A stretch of 55,398 nucleotides of DNA from a virus (Duplodnaviria; Caudoviricetes). Location: positions 1 to 55,398 of the IMG/VR virus record IMGVR_UViG_3300027741_000080; one strand, given 5' to 3'. Both the position numbers and the translations under genes were made by a program. Every line of letters starts with the position of its first letter. Within the stretch, counting starts at the first letter, position 1. The notes under the pieces were generated by a model. The model made no database searches, was not told the origin of the DNA, and saw nothing but the letters and a program-made list of their open reading frames with translations. Positions 1 to 7,030 of the stretch are shown piece by piece.

Positions 1-108
1 ATCTTAAATTTTTGGATAGTAATACTTTAATAACCCCAAATAGCCATTTGTAATGGTATTCTTATTGTTGGACCATGTGTCTCTACCCCTACTTTTTAGG
101 AGAAATCA

Positions 109-2904
109 GTGGCAAACGCTGAAATTAATTTTGACCCTACCAATAAGTTGCGTACCTCAAGCCCCCAGGCTTTGATTGATACTGACTTTGAGTATGGTAC
201 ACAGGTCTCCAAGTGGGAAAACCTTGCTATGACCAACAACCGCCCATTTGCTTACGCTAATCCTACTTCACTTGCAGTAACAGCTATGACTATTACTGGA
301 CGTACTGTTACAGTAAGCACTACATCTCCGCCAACAGTTGGCACTCCTGTTATTATTAATGACTCATACTTGTCTATTGCCAATGGCGTATTTGTAGTTG
401 AAACTGTTGTTGCTAGCACAAGTTTTACTTATACGGCTCGTGCTACAAGTAGTCTTGCTGGTGGCACATCAATTTTTGATTCTAATAAAACTTCTGTTAC
501 TCCAGGAATATATTACACAGCTAGCCAAATTAATCAAACTAATTTAACTGGTACTTCTGCTGTTGGTGTTAATAGTATTACCTCTGATAATTCAGCCAAT
601 ACCTCTAAAATTACAGTTGCTATGGCTAATGCTCACGGCCTCTCTTTAGGTAATGAGATTCAAGTTGCTTCGGCAACTACTGCTGCAACGGGCGCATTAG
701 GAGCATTTTATGTTGCTCAAGTACTCAGCCCTACTTCATTTGCGTATTATGCTCGCTCTCAAGTAGCAGCAGCCGTTGGTGCTACAGCAGATTTTAAAAT
801 TTATGCCCGTACGCAAGGTCAAGTTCTTCATCGCCCATTTGATGGTGGAGTTATTTTCTCATCTAATGCTGGCTCTAACTACGAGTCACAAATTCGACAG
901 ACTCGACGTTACTTCCGTTACCAATCTGGTAAGGGTATTCAACTGTCTTCGGGTACTATTCTTAAACCTAACTTCCAAATCGACAAATTATCATACGCTC
1001 AATCCACTGGTCTTATTACTATTACGTTTAAAGATGTTCACAACATTCAAACAGTTCCACCAGATGCTCAAATTACAATTGCTAATGCTAATGAACCTGC
1101 TTTTAATGGTACATATTTTGTTACTAATGTTGTTAATTATAATACTGTTACAGTTACTCCAACTGCAGGTAAGTTTACTGCTGACGCCACAGCCTCAGGA
1201 AACTACTACGTATCAACTTCAGGTTGGTATGGGGCCGTTAACCGCCTTGGTATTTTTGACCAGCAAAACGGTTTGTTCTTTGAATTTGATGGACAAACTC
1301 TTTACGCAGTACGCCGCAACTCAACTTATCAATTGTCAGGTCGTGCTAACGTAGTTGGTGGTTCAACTTCTGTAACAGTTAGTTCTTTAGCCACATTTGC
1401 TAATGCGGTATACACCAAGCAATTAACTGGTGGGGACTATGTTGTTATTAAGGGTCAATCATATCGTGTAGAAAGTGTTCAAAATGATAGTAATTTTACT
1501 ATCTCACCTGCTTACCGTGGTGCTACAGCAAACAACGTCATTATTTCTAAGACTATTGATACTAAAATGCCACAGTCGCAGTGGAATCTTGACACAATGG
1601 ACGGCAATGGGCCATCAGGATATAGATTAGATTTATCTAAAATGCAAATGTTCTACATTGATTACTCATGGTACGGTGCTGGGTTTATTCGTTGGGGACT
1701 TCGTGGAACAAACGGTGATGTACTTTATGTCCATAAAATGGCTAATAATAACGTTAACCAAGAAGCATACATGCGTTCAGGTAACCTTCCAGGTCGTTAT
1801 GAATCAGGAACTATTCCTCCAGTAACCAAGGTAACTAACGCGGTTGCTTCAACTGACACAACAATTACTGTAGCCGATACTAGTGCATTCCCAAGCACAG
1901 GTACTCTTTACATTAAAGACTACCAATATGTAGAATATGTATATTACAAAGGTAAGACTCCAACCACATTCCAAAATGTTGTACGCGCACAGGCTGGTAA
2001 AGGTACTGGAGCGCTTCCTATTACATCAACCACTGCTGCTGGTTCTAATACAATGACTGTTGCTACTACAGATGTTCAGATTGGGCAGCGCGTTATTGCT
2101 ACAAGTGCAACGGCTTTGTCAGATGGTACCTTTGTTACTGCTATTGGTTCAGGAACAGTTACACTTAGCCAAGCGGCATTATCTGCTGATCCAAGTGTTA
2201 TCTTTGTTTCTATGAACGATGGTAATGCTAAAACGTTTACACCAGCAACTAATCCAGTTACTGTTGAACTTGCTTATCCAACACTAGCCCCAACAATTTC
2301 TCACTGGGGTACATCGGTCATCATGGACGGCCGTTTTGATGATGATAAGTCTCTTGTGTTTACTTATGGTCAGACTTCATTTACTACTATTGCTGCTGGA
2401 ACTTCAAAAGGTTTGTTTTCTATTCGTGTTGCTCCATCAGTTGATAATGGTCAAATTGGTGCTTTTGGTGCACGAGAACTTATTAACCGTATGCAATTAA
2501 CGTTAAGAAATTTAGGTATTTCTACTAAAACTGCTAACGCAAACATGCTTGTACGTGCTTATCTAAATGGTGTTCCAAGTAGCGCTACAACTTGGACCAA
2601 TGCTGTAGGTGATATTGCTGGTACTGCAAACTCTAGCCTTGCACAAATTGCAGATTACGCTGCTGGGTCTACAACAGTTTCTGGTGGTGAAATTACCGCA
2701 GGTTTCTTAGTGGCTGGAACGGACCGCCTTGATTTGCTAGATGTGCGTGATTTAGGTAACTCTGTTCTTGGTGGCGGAGGAGCTAATTCAAATACTCAAA
2801 TATACCCTGATGGTCCTGATGTTTTAACTATTGTGGTAACTAATTTAGGTGGTTCATCTATTGATGTGCTTGGTCGTCTATCTTGGACTGAAGCACAAGC
2901 GTAA
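109..2904 (+). CDS. Large virion structural / tail-associated protein with multiple Ser/Thr-rich beta domains
   Basis: 931-aa ORF, GTG start with AGGAG RBS; repeated beta modules (AHGLSLGNEIQV..., TTITVADTSAFPSTG); sits at the head of the structural cluster. Confidence 0.65.
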   Translation: MANAEINFDPTNKLRTSSPQALIDTDFEYGTQVSKWENLAMTNNRPFAYANPTSLAVTAMTITGRTVTVSTTSPPTVGTPVIINDSYLSIANGVFVVETVVASTSFTYTARATSSLAGGTSIFDSNKTSVTPGIYYTASQINQTNLTGTSAVGVNSITSDNSANTSKITVAMANAHGLSLGNEIQVASATTAATGALGAFYVAQVLSPTSFAYYARSQVAAAVGATADFKIYARTQGQVLHRPFDGGVIFSSNAGSNYESQIRQTRRYFRYQSGKGIQLSSGTILKPNFQIDKLSYAQSTGLITITFKDVHNIQTVPPDAQITIANANEPAFNGTYFVTNVVNYNTVTVTPTAGKFTADATASGNYYVSTSGWYGAVNRLGIFDQQNGLFFEFDGQTLYAVRRNSTYQLSGRANVVGGSTSVTVSSLATFANAVYTKQLTGGDYVVIKGQSYRVESVQNDSNFTISPAYRGATANNVIISKTIDTKMPQSQWNLDTMDGNGPSGYRLDLSKMQMFYIDYSWYGAGFIRWGLRGTNGDVLYVHKMANNNVNQEAYMRSGNLPGRYESGTIPPVTKVTNAVASTDTTITVADTSAFPSTGTLYIKDYQYVEYVYYKGKTPTTFQNVVRAQAGKGTGALPITSTTAAGSNTMTVATTDVQIGQRVIATSATALSDGTFVTAIGSGTVTLSQAALSADPSVIFVSMNDGNAKTFTPATNPVTVELAYPTLAPTISHWGTSVIMDGRFDDDKSLVFTYGQTSFTTIAAGTSKGLFSIRVAPSVDNGQIGAFGARELINRMQLTLRNLGISTKTANANMLVRAYLNGVPSSATTWTNAVGDIAGTANSSLAQIADYAAGSTTVSGGEITAGFLVAGTDRLDLLDVRDLGNSVLGGGGANSNTQIYPDGPDVLTIVVTNLGGSSIDVLGRLSWTEAQA

Positions 2905-2928
2905 TTATTTGTAGAATAAGGTGTCTTA

Positions 2929-3441
2929 ATGAAATATTTTTCATTTAATTCAAGCACTAAAAAATGGCAATCTATAAATGCTCCGCTTCCTTTGCCAGCA
3001 CCAGTTATTAAGTATGATACAAGCGGCTCTTCTGACAACGTATTTACTCTAACCTCTACCTCATTCGCAAATGTAACAACAACTGCTCAAGGAACTGTTC
3101 AAGTTTCCATTACTTGTCCATACGATTTATACGCAATTGTTGATTACTCTGCTTGGCTTACTGCTGGACCAAACTCTTCTTCTGAAAGTATCCGAGTATC
3201 TACGACTGCAACTGGTACAACAACTTGGTCTCCTGGTGGCGCTAAAGGTTGGGGTAATGCATTGTATACAACTGGTCTTGCAGCCAATGGTTCTGGGCAA
3301 AGTGCTTCAAGTAGTTTCACAACTTTACTAAACGCTGGTACAACAACTATTACAATGCAGGCGTACAGAAGCGCAACTACACTTACAACAGCAAACATAA
3401 GTTTTCCTTATTTGTCTGTTACTCCAGTTACGTGGGCATAG
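2929..3441 (+). CDS. Hypothetical Ser/Thr-rich virion/fibre-associated protein
   Basis: 170-aa beta-rich ORF following the large virion protein. Confidence 0.55.
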   Translation: MKYFSFNSSTKKWQSINAPLPLPAPVIKYDTSGSSDNVFTLTSTSFANVTTTAQGTVQVSITCPYDLYAIVDYSAWLTAGPNSSSESIRVSTTATGTTTWSPGGAKGWGNALYTTGLAANGSGQSASSSFTTLLNAGTTTITMQAYRSATTLTTANISFPYLSVTPVTWA

Positions 3442-3443
3442 TA

Positions 3444-3545
3444 ATGGCTTGTAGAACAGGGTGTCCAACCCAAGACCACGCTGATTATGGCGAGTGTTTA
3501 TTTGCTGCTCGTATTAATATAGATAAAACTAGTTTGAGGCCTTAA
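3444..3545 (+). CDS. Small Cys/His protein, 33 aa (MACRTGCPTQDHADYGECLFAARINIDKTSLRP)
   Basis: Not in ORF track; fills the intergenic gap exactly; TAATG overlap with the next gene. Confidence 0.7.
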   Translation: MACRTGCPTQDHADYGECLFAARINIDKTSLRP

Positions 3546-4282
3546 TGAGTAGAGCGTACACCCCAAGCGGGCGGTTTGACACAGATTTTGAAACCAATGA
3601 AATCCATGACGCTATTACTAAAGACCTTACTAATCCAGTAGGTACTACGGTTCAATGGTTTGTATGGAACTCTTCAGCTTCTAATGTTGACCCAATTTAT
3701 GACGTTGGATCAAACTATTTAACTAGTACTACGGGCGCAAGCATTAATACCACAATGTCTGGAACTGTTGGAACCACGGCTATTACTGTTGTTTCTACTG
3801 CTGGAGTAACTGTAGATATGGCAGTTAACGGCTCAGGTATTGCTAAGGGTACTCTAGTTAAAAGTATCTCTGGAACAACAATAACGCTGACTTTACCTAA
3901 CGTCAACAACATAGCTGCAGCTACAGCTGTAAACTTTACAAGTGATGGTCGTCAATGGAAAACCCCTGTAGATGTTCCTGCTATTCGTGCTGTTGTTAAA
4001 CAAAGTCAAACTAACCTTATTGAAGAAGGTTTTTACAATGCTGACCGTTTGCATTTAACAATTGATAAAGAAATACTTTCTTCTTTAATTCCAGGTGTTT
4101 TAGATGATCCAGACCCATTAAATCGTGACCGTATTGTTTGGAAGGGTCAAGTATACCGACCTCTTATGAATCAATTATTAGGTATTATTTCTGAAAGATT
4201 TGCTATTATTAGTTTTGAATGTCAACAAATTATGCCTGAAGAACTGGTTAATGATCCACAGTTCCAGGCTTATGCTAACTAG
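3545..4282 (+). CDS. Putative head-closure / head-tail joining protein with an inserted Ser/Thr-rich beta domain
   Basis: Position upstream of tail genes; C-terminal DRIVWKGQVY motif typical of head-tail adaptors. Confidence 0.5.
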   Translation: MSRAYTPSGRFDTDFETNEIHDAITKDLTNPVGTTVQWFVWNSSASNVDPIYDVGSNYLTSTTGASINTTMSGTVGTTAITVVSTAGVTVDMAVNGSGIAKGTLVKSISGTTITLTLPNVNNIAAATAVNFTSDGRQWKTPVDVPAIRAVVKQSQTNLIEEGFYNADRLHLTIDKEILSSLIPGVLDDPDPLNRDRIVWKGQVYRPLMNQLLGIISERFAIISFECQQIMPEELVNDPQFQAYAN

Positions 4283-4291
4283 GAAAATACT

Positions 4292-4603
4292 ATGACAGAA
4301 AAATGGCAGAAAAAAGAAGGACAGAATAAAAAGGGTGGCTTAAATGAAAAAGGCCGTAAGTCTTACGAGTCCTCACACCCTGGCTCCGATCTAAAAGCTC
4401 CAGTTAAGTCTGGAGACAATCCTCGTCGTGCATCTTTCCTTGCTCGCATGGGAAATGCACCTGGCCCAGAACGTAAGCCAAATGGTGAGCCAACACGTTT
4501 GCTTCTTTCTCTGCAAGCTTGGGGAGCATCTTCTAAGGCTGACGCTAAGAGCAAAGCAGCCGCTATCTCTAAGCGCAATGCCGCAAAGAAGGGGAAAAAA
4601 TAA
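4292..4603 (+). CDS. Small basic protein, DUF6321-like
   Basis: WQKKEGQNKKGGLNEKGRKSY...RRASFLARM...LQAWG motif recalled from phage basic proteins; AGGA RBS. Confidence 0.65.
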   Translation: MTEKWQKKEGQNKKGGLNEKGRKSYESSHPGSDLKAPVKSGDNPRRASFLARMGNAPGPERKPNGEPTRLLLSLQAWGASSKADAKSKAAAISKRNAAKKGKK

Positions 4604-4803
4604 TGGCTGAGAAGAAAAAACCCGCAAAGCCTAAATCCAAGGTCAATGAGGCTGGTAATTACACTAAACCAGCATTACGTGCATCTTTGTTTAAAAAAAT
4701 TAAGGCTGGTACAAAGGGCGGCGACCCAGGTGAATGGTCAGCCCGTAAAGCCCAACTGCTTGCGTCAGAATATAAAAAAGCTGGCGGAGGATACAAAGAC
4801 TAA
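4603..4803 (+). CDS. Small basic protein, DUF5872-like N-terminal half
   Basis: YTKPALR...KGGDPGEWSARKAQLLASEYKKAGGGY motif; TAATG coupling. Confidence 0.65.
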   Translation: MAEKKKPAKPKSKVNEAGNYTKPALRASLFKKIKAGTKGGDPGEWSARKAQLLASEYKKAGGGYKD

Positions 4804-5045
4804 TGGCTAAGGAAAAATCACAAAAGTCTTTAGACAAATGGTCTGATGAAAAATGGCGTACTTCAGACGGTAAGGAATCTAAAGGTAAGAAACGATACCT
4901 TCCAGATAAGGCTTGGGATTCCCTTAGTGATAAAGAAAAAATTGCTACTAATAAGGCTAAAGCTGCTGGTAATAAAAAAGGTAAGCAATACGTAGCACAG
5001 CCTAAAAAAATAGCAAATAAGACTAAAAGTTACCGAAAGGGTTAA
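4803..5045 (+). CDS. Small basic protein, DUF5872-like C-terminal half
   Basis: QKSLDKWSDEKWRT...RYLPDKAWDSLS motif; TAATG coupling. Confidence 0.65.
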   Translation: MAKEKSQKSLDKWSDEKWRTSDGKESKGKKRYLPDKAWDSLSDKEKIATNKAKAAGNKKGKQYVAQPKKIANKTKSYRKG

Positions 5046-5047
5046 AC

Positions 5048-5284
5048 ATGGCTGCTAAAAAGAAAGAAAGTCCTGCTACACTTAAAGTGTCAGGTAAAGT
5101 TCACCGTGTCTATAAAGACAAAAAAGGTGACGTTGTAGTTGACCATGCTGGCACTAAAAAAGAAAATGGCAAATACGACAAAATTGATTTAACCAAAAAA
5201 GCTGGTGCCAAGACAGTTAAAGCTGGTGTAAAAGCCACCAAAGATTGGCATAAAAATAACCCTCATAAAAAGATAGGTAAATAG
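5048..5284 (+). CDS. Small Lys-rich hypothetical protein
   Basis: 78-aa ORF in tightly packed array. Confidence 0.7.
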   Translation: MAAKKKESPATLKVSGKVHRVYKDKKGDVVVDHAGTKKENGKYDKIDLTKKAGAKTVKAGVKATKDWHKNNPHKKIGK

Positions 5285-5285
5285 T

Positions 5286-5459
5286 ATGTGCGCATTATGT
5301 GGATGTGGAATGAAAAAGGGTCAAGCTGGATACGGCAAAGGTAAAGGCGCTGCAAAGAAGCTATCTCCAAAGCAAAGCAAAATTGCTGCAAAAGCTGGAA
5401 ACCCAAAGAAAATTGATGCTGCTGATTTAGCCGCATTACGAAAGACCAAGAAAAAGTAA
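5286..5459 (+). CDS. Small Lys-rich protein, 57 aa, N-terminus MCALCGCG
   Basis: Not in ORF track; fills the gap; TAATG coupling to next gene. Confidence 0.75.
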   Translation: MCALCGCGMKKGQAGYGKGKGAAKKLSPKQSKIAAKAGNPKKIDAADLAALRKTKKK

Positions 5460-5572
5460 TGTGTGCAACATGTGGCTGTGGACAGCCTAAAAATAAGCAT
5501 GGCGAAAAAACTCTTGCCGCTGCTAATAAAAAGTTTGCTAAGAAAAAACCAGCAAAGAAGGTGAAAAAATAA
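5459..5572 (+). CDS. Small Lys-rich protein, 37 aa, N-terminus MCATCGCG
   Basis: Not in ORF track; TAATG overlaps at both ends. Confidence 0.75.
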   Translation: MCATCGCGQPKNKHGEKTLAAANKKFAKKKPAKKVKK

Positions 5573-5784
5573 TGTGTAAAAAGTGTGGTAAAGGAAAGTG
5601 CGCTTGTGGTCCAATGAAGGCTTCAGATAAGAAGCAAGATGCTAAGACCATGAAGGGTATGACTCCTGCACAGAAGGCTAAGTTCGCTAAGGAAGATAAG
5701 AAAATGGACAAGAAGCCTATGTCTCGCAAGGAAGATACCAAAAAAGATAACGCCCTTGCTAAGAAAATTAAGGGTAAAAAGTAG
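5572..5784 (+). CDS. Small Lys-rich protein, N-terminus MCKKCGKGKCACG
   Basis: 70-aa ORF, TAATG coupled. Confidence 0.75.
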   Translation: MCKKCGKGKCACGPMKASDKKQDAKTMKGMTPAQKAKFAKEDKKMDKKPMSRKEDTKKDNALAKKIKGKK

Positions 5785-5827
5785 GGACTGTAGTTCCAAA
5801 GAAGTATCCTATAAATAGGAATGATTT

Positions 5828-5849
5828 AGCCCTTGCAAAGGGGCTTTTT
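5828..5849 (+). terminator. Intrinsic terminator
   Basis: AGCCCTT-GCAA-AGGGGCT stem with GNRA loop followed by a T run. Confidence 0.75.
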
Positions 5850-5934
5850 CATTTACACTTATAAGTAGTTCCATTGCAGGAACTGAAATACCCACTGCGA
5901 AATACCCCTGCGACTCCGCCAAGGAGATTACATT

Positions 5935-6060
5935 ATGGCAAGCGATAGAATCTCTTCAGGTTCCGTCACTGACTTTTACGACGGCGCTGCTGGCGATGAG
6001 TCCTTAGGTAATATGGTGTGGTTTCTTATGGGTATAGCTCGTAGTGGGGGCTTTCGTTGA
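5935..6060 (+). CDS. Small hypothetical protein, 41 aa
   Basis: AAGGAG RBS, ATG at 5935, TTGA overlap with the next gene. Confidence 0.6.
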   Translation: MASDRISSGSVTDFYDGAAGDESLGNMVWFLMGIARSGGFR

Positions 6061-6374
6061 ACGAACAACCTGATGCTATTCTTGGAGCAGTTAAAAACCA
6101 AGAACATGAACTCACTTCTCTATTAAAAAGTACGGCTACTCAACACGGCTGGGACGATCACATTGTATCCAATCTTACCGCTAAGGTTGTTGGCGACCAA
6201 ATTCATGCTATATACCCAGAACATTTACGGGATTCTGTATTCAAACTTGAGTATGGACATGAGGCTAACCCACCTAGACCTGCATTTAGAGACTTTAATG
6301 TTAAATCCGAAAGCCTTATCGATCAAGCATTAGGTGAAGGTTTTATTAACGAATTAATGCGGGTGATGTCATAA
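6057..6374 (+). CDS. Putative neck / tail-completion protein
   Basis: LEYG..NPPRPAFR motif resembling HK97 gp10-like neck proteins; position. Confidence 0.5.
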   Translation: MNEQPDAILGAVKNQEHELTSLLKSTATQHGWDDHIVSNLTAKVVGDQIHAIYPEHLRDSVFKLEYGHEANPPRPAFRDFNVKSESLIDQALGEGFINELMRVMS

Positions 6375-7003
6375 TGACATTTGTAATTGCTGAAGATGCC
6401 GCCCTTAAAACCTACCTTACTGGCATGACGGTATCAGATGAAAAAAACGCTTCCCGTTCTGTTAAAGTCTGGTTTGGGTTTCCTGATGTAGAAATCCGTG
6501 CCCAAGAATTTCCTTTTGTAACCATAGAACTTGTCAATGTTCGCAACGCTATTGAGCGCCAAACCTCTGGTTTTATCTACGACCAGGATTTTTCAGGTAC
6601 GGTAACCCCTTCAGGTAATTTGTATTATGGATATGAAGTACCTATTGCTTATGATTTGTTGTATCAAATTAGGTCTTATGCCAGACATCCACGTCATGAC
6701 CGCGCTATAATTTTTCAGTTAAGCCAAAAATTTCCTGGTATGCGTGGGCACCTCCCAGTCCCTAACGACCTAGGCACTTCCACTGCTTATCGCCATATGT
6801 TCCTTGAAAGCACATTAAAAAGCGATAGGGCCGAGGGTGACAATGGAAATAAACGTCTTCTACAAAATATCTACACAATAAGAGTTGTTAGCGAAATGAC
6901 TCCTATGCCTAATTCAGTTACACCTGGACCAAAACCAACATCCGTAAAAATTAATAAAGAAGTTACTTCATCAGTTCCTTCTACAATGACAATTGTTAAC
7001 TAG
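6374..7003 (+). CDS. Putative tail terminator / completion protein
   Basis: Directly upstream of sheath; FPFVTIEL...DLLYQIRSY pattern. Confidence 0.55.
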   Translation: MTFVIAEDAALKTYLTGMTVSDEKNASRSVKVWFGFPDVEIRAQEFPFVTIELVNVRNAIERQTSGFIYDQDFSGTVTPSGNLYYGYEVPIAYDLLYQIRSYARHPRHDRAIIFQLSQKFPGMRGHLPVPNDLGTSTAYRHMFLESTLKSDRAEGDNGNKRLLQNIYTIRVVSEMTPMPNSVTPGPKPTSVKINKEVTSSVPSTMTIVN

Positions 7004-7030
7004 TTATTAAAACCTTACTAAGGAGAAACA

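Noticed and set aside
7013-7023. RBS-occluding mini-hairpins before late genes (also 88-100)
   Set aside because: Only 4-bp stems, expected by chance
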